NCBI GenBank assembly: GCA_000146045.2
Contig: BK006934.2
Coordinates: 32,001-96,000 of the forward strand
Length of the DNA stretch: 64,000 bases
Source of the DNA: TPA_inf: Saccharomyces
Taxonomy: Eukaryota
Reading direction: 5' to 3'
A program made the translations under genes and the position numbers. How positions within the stretch are numbered: position 1 is the stretch's first letter; each line of letters starts with the position of its first letter. Below are positions 32,462 through 43,152 of this stretch, piece by piece. The notes under the pieces were generated by a model. It saw nothing but the letters and a program-made list of their open reading frames with translations, was not told the DNA's origin and did not search any database.

Positions 32462-33859
32462 TTATTTGTCATGAGGAAACTTCTCTTCCAAGAACTTTAA
32501 TTTACTCTTGAAAGTATCAGAATCGAAATAGCAACCCTTTAACCATTGCTGGTTTGAGCTTGTTAAAGAGTTAGCATGCAAAATTCTCCTGTTGTTAAAG
32601 ATAACACAACAGTTTTCGGGCAACTGCAATCTAAATTGATTGTTGAAGTCATTGATATGACTCTCGAACAAGTTCAACCCCCTAATGAAAGACTTAAACA
32701 AAAATCTCTCTGTTAGTTTTGCTGGGGTGGTAATTAAATTCAAGTCCAGATTATTATTTAGATCTGAGGGCTTATCATAAATTCCGAAAGTGAAAGGTGC
32801 TTGGTATGGTGGAGAGTAGTTAATGCATTTAATCAAGGCCTCATAATTACCCAGAAGAGTATTGTCCTCGTTAATGTCGTGATGTTCGATTAAAGGTTTG
32901 GATTGGTAGTACCTCTTATCGCCGTTTTCATATATATAATTTACAGGAACAATTTGTAAAGCCTCATAAGCCTCAAAATCCGATTCTCTAACATTACGGG
33001 TAGCATAAAATGCGTCCACGAAGTAATTCATGGGTCTAGTATTGGGATCTTCCCCTTCTGTAGCAGGTAGAGATTGTAGAATCTGGAAACCTGGCACATT
33101 TTCTAAAAATGGTAAATCCGTATGTAGCGGCAAGTCTTTATTGGCATAATGGGCATTAACACTTGTCGCTTGGGATGCATTCACGTCAAATGTACCTTCA
33201 CCATGTACAGTCGATCTTATGGGTCCGATCCTTTCACAGATCTTTTGTATGGTAAGGCCTTCAGAGGAGGATGAAGGAGTACCGGAAATGAAAGCGATAC
33301 CAAACTTTTGTAGGTTGACCAGCGTTTGGAAAAGCTTGGAGTCATCCTTAGGATCAATAAACTCGTTGTAGCTCACAGAAAGTAAGTCCTTGACGTTATC
33401 TTTCAGGATGCGCTTATTCCATAACTGGGGTCTATATCTGGATTCTTGTTTTCTTGTTGCTGGCGAAACAAAACTGGAACCTTTATAGTCGATAAAGAAT
33501 TGTAAAGGGAACTGGTGATGACCGCCATCTTTCCATTTCACCACTAGAGATTTTCCGTCCTCAGAAATTTGAATGTCCTGAGGAGCGGTCAATTTCTCGT
33601 TATGATACAGTTCTCCCGTGGTCACCAGCTTGGCACTATGGGAGGCATCTCTAAGAAAAACGTTGTTAAAGCAAACGGAAACCGGCTTGCTGGACTCCTC
33701 CATGGAGAACGTAATTGTCGTAGAATCTCTATTGAAGTATGTTTTGATGATATGTCCCCGATTCGCAGCCGCAGCTGTCGCCGCAGATGTGTATGTCCTT
33801 GGTGTAGTGGTCAGTCTTGCAAGGATTCGAGATCCTCTGCATAAATTTGATCTTAGCAT
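32462..33859 (-). CDS. AIM17: Aim17 (YHL021C), a mitochondrial Fe(II)/2-oxoglutarate dioxygenase of the TauD/gamma-butyrobetaine hydroxylase-like family, 465 aa.
   Basis: Full ORF. N-terminal mitochondrial presequence (MLRSNLCRGSRILARL). Putative iron ligands H-x-D (LPLHTDLPF) and a distal His (RRILHAN). Confidence 0.9.
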   Translation of the reverse strand: MLRSNLCRGSRILARLTTTPRTYTSAATAAAANRGHIIKTYFNRDSTTITFSMEESSKPVSVCFNNVFLRDASHSAKLVTTGELYHNEKLTAPQDIQISEDGKSLVVKWKDGGHHQFPLQFFIDYKGSSFVSPATRKQESRYRPQLWNKRILKDNVKDLLSVSYNEFIDPKDDSKLFQTLVNLQKFGIAFISGTPSSSSEGLTIQKICERIGPIRSTVHGEGTFDVNASQATSVNAHYANKDLPLHTDLPFLENVPGFQILQSLPATEGEDPNTRPMNYFVDAFYATRNVRESDFEAYEALQIVPVNYIYENGDKRYYQSKPLIEHHDINEDNTLLGNYEALIKCINYSPPYQAPFTFGIYDKPSDLNNNLDLNLITTPAKLTERFLFKSFIRGLNLFESHINDFNNQFRLQLPENCCVIFNNRRILHANSLTSSNQQWLKGCYFDSDTFKSKLKFLEEKFPHDK

Positions 33860-34128
33860 CTTGTGTTGGTAATTGGTTTCTAATAATTATTTTTTCTTTT
33901 TAACTTGGAATATGTTCCTGGCCAGTTGTGAAGAGTTACCCCTGATATTTGGATCTAGAAGGGCTTCTCCTTATATAGATAGCACTTTTCCTCGAGGATC
34001 AACCCCGGAAATGTATTCCCGACCCCCTTACGGCTGCGCAAAGGTCCTTACTGAGCCATTCAAAGGTAAAGAGGGTCCGATAATAATGGTAGTTCAAAAG
34101 GGGAGAAGCGGGGCTGGTACAATATCAC

Positions 34129-34164
34129 GATTATGATTATGATTATGATTATGATTATGATTAT
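34129..34164. repeat. (GATTAT)6 hexanucleotide tandem repeat in the AIM17 promoter and OPI1 3' intergenic region.
   Basis: gattatgattatgattatgattatgattatgattat, six perfect units read from the sequence. Confidence 0.95.
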
Positions 34165-34241
34165 GGATATTATATAAACTATATTATTCCGTATAATATT
34201 ATTACTGGTGGTAATGCATGAAAGACCTCAATCTGTCTCGG

Positions 34242-34572
34242 TTAGTCCTTGCTATCCACGTTGTCCTGAGAGGGCTTTACGTAATTGCCATCCTTCTGCT
34301 GTTGCTGCCTGTACTGTTGCTGCTGTTGCAAGAAACGCTCCCTGATCATTTCTTTTACCTCCTGTTTCTGCTTCACCCATTCTTCAGCCTTGCCCAACGT
34401 GGAGTCGACTACGCCCATGACATTTCTCACCATTTCCAGGGATTCTTTGGCGAGAATGAGTACTTTCCCATTCGCAGTTACGGAGGAGGACGGCGAGGCT
34501 GAGTCGTCGCCATCCTTGTTCCTTTTTTGCTGTTGCTGTTGCAGGAGTTGCTGCTGCAAAAGTTGCTGCTGC

Positions 34573-34603
<31 letters not shown>

Positions 34604-35456
34604 CCACTTTTTGTTCTTCACAGTTGGCATAATGAAACGAAGCATGATGCGGCAGTGATGTACTGTGGACGCTGTCGAACCAATTTGTGGGTAAGTTTAG
34701 AAGACTTTCCCGAACCTGAGATCTTGCGGGCTCCGGCAGCGAATTTGCTGTGAACTTCGATATCAGCGAGTAGACTTTCTTGACTGTGCCGACCACCTCC
34801 ATTTTCACCACAATAGACTGCTCGCTGGCGTTGACCTGCTCTGAGGCATCAAAAAACTCCTCATCGTCGTCGTCTTCGTCTGACGATGTCTCGTCCTCGC
34901 CAGCTCCAGTGGTCGTCCTAGCATTTCCATCTTGCTTGTGCAAAGGATGCACCTGCTCCTTTTCAACAAGGTCCTGTAAACACGAGATTTTATCGGAAAG
35001 CTGCTTATTGGCCAGCTTTAAAAGATGCAAGCACGTTACAAGCCTCTTCTTAGACTCGATGGACATGTTCAGCTTGTACTCTTTCAAGTTGTCCTTCCCC
35101 TTGGCAATCGCCCGCGACAGCTTCTGTCTCTTGTTGGTGAAGAACTCATCGTCGTTGTAGTCGTAATCATCATGCTCGTCATCGTCATCGTCTAGCAGCC
35201 TCCCTATTGATTTCAGTGGCCTCTTGTTGGTGTTTATTTCATCGTAGAATGTCACTACGTTACTGATAATTTTGTTACTTACGCGATCCAAAATGTTTAG
35301 CGGCGTCGTAGACGACTCACTTGCCGGCATTTTGTCAGCTTGTGAGACGTCCTCTGAAGGCTGCGACTTCTGTCTGCATGATTGTTTCAACACCCCAAGT
35401 ACTTCAGCCGCTTCTACCTCTTCCTCTGATAATCCTAAACGTTGATTTTCAGACAT
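34242..35456 (-). CDS. OPI1: Opi1, the transcriptional repressor of phospholipid biosynthesis genes (YHL020C), 404 aa.
   Basis: The track ORF starts MM. I used the second ATG (MSENQRLGLSEEEVE...) to match the 404-aa protein. It has a leucine zipper, two poly-Gln tracts and an FFAT-like EFFDA motif. Confidence 0.92.
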
Positions 35457-35730
35457 CAATGACTAGTATCTTCGTTAAAAACACTGTCCTGATACACACG
35501 CTTTAATCAGCACTGTAAACAAAATGCCACGTTCTGGCCTGATATGCTTTCTTGGCTAAGTGCAGATCGCTGTCTTGCTCCAATCCTCTTATTAATCCCT
35601 CTCATTGAGGTGGAAAAAAAAAAAATAAGAACGCCCGATTTTACCCGGTTGCATATGAAGATTATAAGGTGCCATCTATATACTAAAACGAACGTACCAT
35701 TTGTCTATCTATGAGATGTCTGCGTAAGCG

Positions 35731-37548
35731 TCAAACAATATATGCGTACTCTTCGTCGCTGACGGTCTTGTATCTGACCCAGGGGAAAGACTGGTACTGC
35801 AATTGTGGCTCTTCGACCTTCAAGTACTCAACTTTCAGGCCACTGCATGTACAGTACGGAATCTCGAAATCAATGTTGACCAACTTATCTCGAGGAGTAA
35901 CGTGGGAAGTTTGTTGGTCGTGCACTTGTCTATATAGTTCTTCCAGCCTGGGTCCCGTGCGCAAGGGCGGCGGATTCATTGAGGTTTTCATTTCTTCTTG
36001 CAGGCGGTCATATTCTTCCTGGTTGAAGAGGGGGAACTCTGCCACCATGGATGCACACGTATTTGGATCATCTTCGTCGCTGTTGTACTGTGAGCTCTTG
36101 TTTGTGCTATGTTCTCGGTGCCCCTTCATGGTTTGTATCTCCCAGAGGAGAAAATCGTCACTCAAGTTAAACACGACCTTGCCGATGTTTGCCTTGAATC
36201 TAATTTGCTTGCTGAGGTCTATTTTATATTCCTGGAAGACTTTTGTCAGGGGAATTCTCACGTTTAGCTTCGACGTTGAGTTGGTGGGTTTAAAATTTGT
36301 TTGAATTTTGGTTACAATTTGGATTTTAAACTTCTTCAGTTTAGGTTTGATTTCAAAATCTTTCAACCTCACCATCGGCGCATCCTTTACATGTCTCTTC
36401 AACTCGTATTGGCAAAGAACAAATTCGCCATCCGGCGGTATAAATTCGATTTCTCTTGCATCTGTGGCGGCCTGCAAACCAGCATCATCGTCACTATTCT
36501 TTTCTTCATCTTTTTCAATAGTGTTTATGGAATCTAGTGAAACACACTGATGAAAGCTGGAATTCGACATGAACTGGGGGTCCCTGTTCAGTATCTTGTT
36601 TATGGATATTTTCAGTTTGGGCATCCCTGATAAATAGCATCTGCACACAATCTCTCCATGTATCAGATTTTTCCTAATCACTCCTTTTTCAAAATCCATC
36701 AAGTACTGAACACGTTCAATAACATCAAGAAAGAACTCGTTTTTGGCGTAATGTATCCCCTTTGTTCTCCATGATATGGGCATTATAATCGTCTTCGCAA
36801 TATCGCCATTGATGTATAAATCATTACCGTCATTGGGGAGCTCGTCATTAGCGGCTTCTTTACCGGTATCATTCTTGTTCCTTAGTGTCTCCTTGACAGT
36901 TTCCACCACGTTTATGCCCCTATTTTCTTTATTGTTTACCATTATACTTTTTAATTTACTTTTGCCCACGCTTTTCCCTTTAGTGCCCTTTTTCTTCTTC
37001 CTTTTCTTCTTCTTATCCTTCCTCTTATTAGTATTGCTGTACTCGCTATCGCTATCGCTACCGCTACTACTACTGCTCTCTTCACCAGGGCTCCACTCCT
37101 CATTGTCTACTGTAACTCTTGGTACGTTGACCTTCACACGAATGTAGTCCTTGATGATACTTGGATCCGTCACTTGTACGATACCAAAGTCTATACATTC
37201 ATCAATCAACTCCAGGACAAGTAAGATGTTGTCCAGTATGACATTCTTAGTTAAGACCTCGATTTCAAAATATTTTTGTAAAAGATGATAAAATTGTTCC
37301 AAAAAGGCTAGTATAGTCATTAAGTCTATATTTGGTTTGTCTGTGGTATGTATCACTGAAACGAAATGCAGAAAGTCTCTCTTCAAATGTATAAAGAACC
37401 AATCGTTTTGGGAGAGAATTGGAGGCGACCCGTCATGATAACATTGTTTGAAACTTGAAAGAACCGACGATAGATTCGGTAGTGCTCTAATATTCTTCGA
37501 TACCAATGGCTCCAGATTTTCATCCAGGATAAAAAGGCTTGACGACAT
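35731..37548 (-). CDS. APM2: Apm2, an AP-1-related clathrin-adaptor mu-subunit homologue (YHL019C), 605 aa.
   Basis: Full ORF whose N-terminal longin-like and mu-homology domains are interrupted by a Lys/Ser-rich insert (KRKDKKKKRKKKKGTKGK). Confidence 0.9.
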   Translation of the reverse strand: MSSSLFILDENLEPLVSKNIRALPNLSSVLSSFKQCYHDGSPPILSQNDWFFIHLKRDFLHFVSVIHTTDKPNIDLMTILAFLEQFYHLLQKYFEIEVLTKNVILDNILLVLELIDECIDFGIVQVTDPSIIKDYIRVKVNVPRVTVDNEEWSPGEESSSSSGSDSDSEYSNTNKRKDKKKKRKKKKGTKGKSVGKSKLKSIMVNNKENRGINVVETVKETLRNKNDTGKEAANDELPNDGNDLYINGDIAKTIIMPISWRTKGIHYAKNEFFLDVIERVQYLMDFEKGVIRKNLIHGEIVCRCYLSGMPKLKISINKILNRDPQFMSNSSFHQCVSLDSINTIEKDEEKNSDDDAGLQAATDAREIEFIPPDGEFVLCQYELKRHVKDAPMVRLKDFEIKPKLKKFKIQIVTKIQTNFKPTNSTSKLNVRIPLTKVFQEYKIDLSKQIRFKANIGKVVFNLSDDFLLWEIQTMKGHREHSTNKSSQYNSDEDDPNTCASMVAEFPLFNQEEYDRLQEEMKTSMNPPPLRTGPRLEELYRQVHDQQTSHVTPRDKLVNIDFEIPYCTCSGLKVEYLKVEEPQLQYQSFPWVRYKTVSDEEYAYIV

Positions 37549-37707
37549 GCCTTTCCTTCCTGATTTCCTCTTTACTATTTTTGGGTCCCTTTATTTGCTT
37601 TTTGTCCAAGGCATTCTCAATTTTCCAATCTGGAATTTAAGCCCTTCCAGTTATAAAACAGTAAACACAACCTACCAAAAGCAGAAAGAAACCAAAGTAA
37701 GAATACA

Positions 37708-38070
37708 ATGCACAACAAGATTGTTAGAATCGCGTCCAGTGCACTCACAGGGGGCAAACTACTCGAGAAGCTAAAACCCTTGACCCGTTGGGAAGTTCAA
37801 TGGGACCCTAATAAGACCAAATGTTTGGGAATAACAAGAGAGGTAACATTCAAGGACTACGAAACCACATGGGCCTTTTTGACTCGTGTATCGATGAGAT
37901 CTCATCTATGGGGCCACCATCCCCTGATTCACACAAGTTACACCTGGGTCAAGCTGGAACTTCATACGCATGACATAGACCCGAAAGACGGGGCTCACAG
38001 CCAGCTTAGCGATATAGACGTCCGGATGGCCAAGAGAATAGATTCCTACATCGATGAGATGACAACTTGA
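37708..38070 (+). CDS. YHL018W, a pterin-4a-carbinolamine dehydratase (PCD/DCoH) family protein, 120 aa.
   Basis: The PCD-family core HLWGHHPLIHTSYTWVKLELHTHD (His-His-Pro followed by Thr-His-Asp) is visible. Length matches YHL018W. Confidence 0.88.
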   Translation: MHNKIVRIASSALTGGKLLEKLKPLTRWEVQWDPNKTKCLGITREVTFKDYETTWAFLTRVSMRSHLWGHHPLIHTSYTWVKLELHTHDIDPKDGAHSQLSDIDVRMAKRIDSYIDEMTT

Positions 38071-38275
38071 TAAGGCAGGGCAGGTCTAAAAGGCTATTGC
38101 TCTTTCCATTTTTTTTTTCCTATCGATTTTACTACTAGAAATTTTTGCTACCCATACCCATTCTCGCATTGCAACATGGAAAAACTGAAAATTGAAAAAA
38201 AAGGTATTGAAATTTCAACTGTATTGTGTAAATCATTTTTGGGCAAACTAGACACAATAACTAGCGAACAGAAAA

Positions 38276-39874
38276 ATGGATAGAACGTGGCTATTACTGA
38301 CGTGGCTGTTGCTACTCTGTGGGGTAGTTCAAGGGAACCAAGAAAGCATAAATCAAAAATATCACGATGTCTGTTCAGGGATGTATTCCAAGGAGGATTT
38401 CAATGGAAAAGTTGACCCCTATATATCGTTTACGTTGGAGGAATTGTCACTTGCTGATGAAGACGATGATGGCGAGGGGGTTAGTGTTGCTGTGTTTGAT
38501 TTCCAAGATTATGAGCATATTGGTGTGCGGTTACCAAATGGAGAAATTCAGTATATTTGCGATGACTACGCATTGGATTTGGGCCTCTGTGAGGATTCGT
38601 CGGAGGGGCAATTTATCATTCAAGAGACAGCCATCGATCCGTTCACCAGTAAGGAACATAAGCTAACGAGTCAGATTTTGACTTTCACTCAACAAGAATT
38701 GGGCACTAACGACAAGGTATACTCAATTAACAAAACTGGTTACTATTGTGTGACCACGTCATCTTTCATTTCTTCCAGTTCCAAGTTTAAGGCTACAGTG
38801 AATTTTAGGAACGCTTACGGTCAATTGGACGCTTCAGAGGCGTACAAGATGCCTATTTATGCCTTTTTGGCCGTCGCTTATGCCGTCTGTACATTAGTGT
38901 ACTCTTGGCTATGCTGGAAGCATAGACATGAGTTACTGCCTTTACAAAGGTACATTTTGGTATTTTGTATTTTCCTAACAGCTGATACTATTTTCGTCTG
39001 GATGTACTATATTATTGAGAACCAGAAGGGAAACTCCAGCGTCGCTCTTCATGTCTATATGGTTTTCATATCGATCTTTAGCGCCGGTAAGATGACTTTC
39101 ACGCTTCTCCTCGCCTTGCTGATATCTCTTGGATATGGTATAGTATATCCAAAACTGGACCGTACATTGCTAAGAAGATGTCAAATATTTGCGATATTTA
39201 CGTTTGCAGTGTGCGTTGCATTCCTGGTCCAAAAATATTCCCAGAATTCTGAGTCTTTATCCAATTTGATTTTGATTACTGCTATCCCCTTAGTATTATG
39301 TCTATTCGCTTTCTATTATTTGACACTGTCTTCAATGAACAAAACAATGACTTATTTGAGGGAACAAAACCAAGTGGTGAAATTAAACATGTACAGAAAA
39401 CTGATCATATTGTGTTATATTTCGTTGTTTATACTCTTCTTAGGCTTACTAGTCTCTACTTTTGCATACGTCGGTATGGACACTGTTGACATGATAGAAC
39501 AATATTGGAAAACAGAATTCCTCATCACAGATACTTGGCCTAGTTTCGTTTACTTCTTGGTCTTCGTCATTTTCGCATTCTTCTGGAGACCTACAAGTAC
39601 ATCATATTTACTAGCGTGCTCGCATCAATTACCAACTGACATGGAAAATGTATCAGAATTCGATTTAGATGACATAAATTCCTTGTCTGATGAGGCATTG
39701 CCTAATAGAGAGCCACGTAATGACTACCAGGAACACGATCACAATATGGATATTGATTTAGCATCCGATTTTGAAGAAGTGCCAAGTGTAAATGCAAATA
39801 CGAACGCAAATAATGACGTATTGTTCGACGTAGATTACGACAGAGATGCAAAAAATGATAGAAGTACTACATAA
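38276..39874 (+). CDS. YHL017W, a Ptm1 paralogue and lung-7TM-receptor-like membrane protein, 532 aa.
   Basis: Signal peptide ([20 protein letters not shown]), a luminal domain, then seven hydrophobic helices and an acidic tail. Confidence 0.88.
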
Positions 39875-40036
39875 ACGGACCAAATAACATAAATTTAGAA
39901 ATTTCCTTTTTTTTTTTTTTTTCCCCTTGACTTTCTTTTCTTTTATGTACCTATAATGAAAGACTATTTTATAATTAGAGCTATTTAAAAATTATTAATG
40001 AGGTTGATGAGTGGATAGAATATTATATTTTGAAAG

Positions 40037-42244
40037 CTAAATTATTTCATCAACTTGTCCGAAATGTGATGATTGTCTATGTGCTCTCGCACTAATTTGG
40101 CTTGTTACTACATGCAGATCTTGTGGGTTCGAATTTTGCCATTCCCTTAATTTATAAGTTTGACCAGATAGATCCCAGTAAAGGCCTCGCAAAGTGGTAT
40201 ATATACCATGCCTACCTTCCCAGAGTGGATAAATACAAACGGCAAACGCACTGAAAAAAAGCCAGATGATCATCACAACAACCCAACCGGTAAAGAATTT
40301 TTTACTGAAGATATATTTGGAACCATACATGGGCATGGGCCAAACTACCAAAAATGCCAAAGCGAAAAAAACACATAGGAAGTATGCAATTTTTAAACCA
40401 CGTGCTAGTTCTCTTTGTTCTTCGTCTAATTCATTTTGTAACTGTGTGTCATCTTCTTGAAAAATGGCATTACTTATTACAACACCAAGGTTAGGCTCAA
40501 TCAATTTTTCATTATTTACTCTAACATCGTTTTTTTCACTATCTGAGACCAGAGAATTTGTTTCTTCTTCTTGTTCCTTATCGTTAGCTTCAGCATCGTA
40601 AAGCTGGATATCAGGGTCAGCCTGAACTAACTCTGCAGTTTCGTCAACTCTAGTAATATCTTTCATTTTCTCCCAGTCAAAATTTTGTGGCTTAAACACA
40701 TACGTTAAAATAGGAATAAAAATGGCTGGTGATAGCAAAGCCACCAAGTTACCTGTTAACATTGGATAATCCATGAACGTAGTATCCACGGTCAATTCTT
40801 TATAAAGGGATTTGGTACAGACAAGCCATGACATTATAGCCAGTCCTGTGCCCAAAATAGGCGACACTACAGCGGCCACCAAATTCATGTCTTTGGAACA
40901 TAAGGTCAAAACGACAGGTAATACTGCACTACTAATAATTATACCCATCATTTCATAGATATAACCCATAGAAATACCACCATAGTATAAACCAACCGAA
41001 AATCCACTCATGGCAAGACCAAAAAAGATACAAGCAACGTGTGATGTGTAAATCAATTTCTTACCGCTTGCACGAGGATCAATATATTCTCTATAGATAT
41101 CGTAAGTGAAAACAGATGAAACGGCAATTAGTTCAGCAGACATAGCAGATGTGACGGCCATGAAAATCATTAGCAGCGATGCCACAGCACCCCCCTTACC
41201 CATGATAGCAATTGCAGCTGCCGGCAAGACTAACCCAGAATTTGCCTGGAACGAAGTAAGTGGATCAGGATAGGTGGGGAAGTTCGGAGACGTTTCCACC
41301 GCAAGACATGCTAATCCCATGGTCAATGAAATCAAAGAAGGTACTGCAAACCATGCTAACCCACCGATGGCATATGCTTTCAAACTCGCTGCGGGACTAG
41401 CAGAAATCGCTTTATTCCAATAACCATTATCAAGGAAAACGGTGCCGAAATTTCCAATCAGGTTAATAATTAATAAAATACCAGCGGATTTGGATGTCAT
41501 GGTCATATATTCACCCTGATAGTTACCGTCTACTGGATGCCTCTTGGCGGCTTCACGAACTAAGTCATAAACTTTTCCCGGTGAGCCTAAAACATCACTA
41601 GTCGCATAAACTTTAAAGGCAAATACGAGGACAATGATGATAATGACACATGTGTGCATATAGTCCGTTAAGAAAGTTGCTTTAATCCCACCAAATAGAG
41701 TATAAACAACAACACCCACAGGCAGTAAAAAACATGATGCGATAGTGTTCATCCCGGTTAAATCACTAAAGACAGCAGAACCTGAAGTTAAAAGCATTGA
41801 AGTGACTAAAATATTCGTCGCGATGGCATAAAACAAGTAGCAACCATGGCCGATCTTACCATATCTTGTTCTCACTAATTCTAAATATGTGTGCGCATTG
41901 GGAGCCATTTGCTTGGTTTTAATTGCCAAAATTGCGAATGCAATAATTTGGAAGCATGCGCCAGCAGCGTACGCATAACCGCCAAATATACCGTCTGCAT
42001 ATTCCTTTGTTGACGACGTTAACAATGTAGAACACCAGATCCAACTAGAAACCACGGCTGCAGCCACTAAGCCGGTTTTTACAGATCTACCGGCGGTGGT
42101 GAATTCTTCTGCTGTGATGATTTCCTTTTGATAACGTTTCAGTAAATAAGTGGTCAAAACCATCATTCCTGCAAATACGGCCCCTAGGCCCAATACAATA
42201 GCGTACCCAGCGCCTTGAGGTAGCGGAGGTTTAAATTCTCCCAT
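40037..42244 (-). CDS. DUR3: Dur3, a plasma-membrane urea/polyamine transporter of the sodium:solute symporter family (YHL016C), 735 aa.
   Basis: Full ORF of about 15 TM helices. Sequence matches Dur3. Confidence 0.93.
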   Translation of the reverse strand: MGEFKPPLPQGAGYAIVLGLGAVFAGMMVLTTYLLKRYQKEIITAEEFTTAGRSVKTGLVAAAVVSSWIWCSTLLTSSTKEYADGIFGGYAYAAGACFQIIAFAILAIKTKQMAPNAHTYLELVRTRYGKIGHGCYLFYAIATNILVTSMLLTSGSAVFSDLTGMNTIASCFLLPVGVVVYTLFGGIKATFLTDYMHTCVIIIIVLVFAFKVYATSDVLGSPGKVYDLVREAAKRHPVDGNYQGEYMTMTSKSAGILLIINLIGNFGTVFLDNGYWNKAISASPAASLKAYAIGGLAWFAVPSLISLTMGLACLAVETSPNFPTYPDPLTSFQANSGLVLPAAAIAIMGKGGAVASLLMIFMAVTSAMSAELIAVSSVFTYDIYREYIDPRASGKKLIYTSHVACIFFGLAMSGFSVGLYYGGISMGYIYEMMGIIISSAVLPVVLTLCSKDMNLVAAVVSPILGTGLAIMSWLVCTKSLYKELTVDTTFMDYPMLTGNLVALLSPAIFIPILTYVFKPQNFDWEKMKDITRVDETAELVQADPDIQLYDAEANDKEQEEETNSLVSDSEKNDVRVNNEKLIEPNLGVVISNAIFQEDDTQLQNELDEEQRELARGLKIAYFLCVFFALAFLVVWPMPMYGSKYIFSKKFFTGWVVVMIIWLFFSAFAVCIYPLWEGRHGIYTTLRGLYWDLSGQTYKLREWQNSNPQDLHVVTSQISARAHRQSSHFGQVDEII

Positions 42245-42419
42245 ACTATAACAATGACAAATTTATGTTATTACTTTTTCTTGGATGAACCCAATTTAAG
42301 AATCTAGACAAGGGAAACTGCTAACAATAGTAAAGCTACGGCTATACTACTGCTTCATTTTATATACTTGGCGAACAAGACGTATCTTCATGCAACACCG
42401 ATGAATAGAGCACATCTTG

Positions 42420-42870
42420 CCTGTTATCTAAGGATAACCGTACCGTAGAAAGCGCAATGATGAGTTACACCTTTCCCATAGGTACGCCTGCTTGTTTCTA
42501 TGCTGCAACTGACTATTGGCCTGTCCACTCTCGAGCATTATTGTCTGTCGCATTTGCTATCATAAAATATCCCGATAAGATAACACCCAAATGTGCGCCG
42601 CCTCATTTCATCATCGGAAAAAAGGTGCGGCACCAATAGATAAACAGAATTGGAATGCCTAGTTTGAGTCAGCCTTGCTGCATAAAACAAATACCTGTAT
42701 GACTGCTTTTGCATCTTTAAGAGAACCTTTGGTCTTGGCTAATCTCAAAATTAAAGTTCATATCTACCGTATGAAGCGCTGATAAAGAGCGCCAAATCTG
42801 CACCTTGTGCATTTTGTTCACACATTCTTGGCGCTCCTAACTGGAGAAACGTCTATCATTGAGGATAACT
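42420..42870. promoter_or_regulatory. Cluster of GATAA (UAS-NTR, Gln3/Gat1) motifs in the DUR3 promoter.
   Basis: At least 7 GATAA/TTATC cores: ttatct and ggataac at 42424-42438, the tandem cgataagataac at 42574-42584, agataaac at 42639, tgataaag at 42781 and ggataact at 42864. DUR3 is a known nitrogen-catabolite-repression target. Confidence 0.6.
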
Positions 42871-43152
42871 CCGGATAGTCGCATTCTGATTGAATAGCCG
42901 TCTAGCTCCCTATTGTGACTAGAATACTATTGACATCGTTTTCTCATCAAAACCTCCCGATAAAGGGAAAAAAAGAATTATCTGACCAGATCATTCGGAA
43001 AAATGCGTATCGTCATTGATATCCTTCTTGTCTTGTCTGCTGCTAACACTATTTACTATGGAAAGAGAGATTTCCCTGAAACTTCTTATTTTTATCTCTA
43101 TAGAAGGGGAAAAGATAAAAGTAAAAATGTAAAAATGTTTACCTGCAAGTTC

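Noticed and set aside
34285-34632. 115-aa poly-Cys ORF on the plus strand opposite OPI1.
   Set aside because: It arises purely from the complement of the CAG/CAA poly-Gln tracts (TGC/TGT codons). It is not a gene.
35711-36304. 197-aa plus-strand ORF overlapping the APM2 3' half (probably the dubious YHL019W-A).
   Set aside because: It is antisense to APM2 and has no recognisable domain. Dubious overlapping ORFs of this kind are generally not expressed as proteins.
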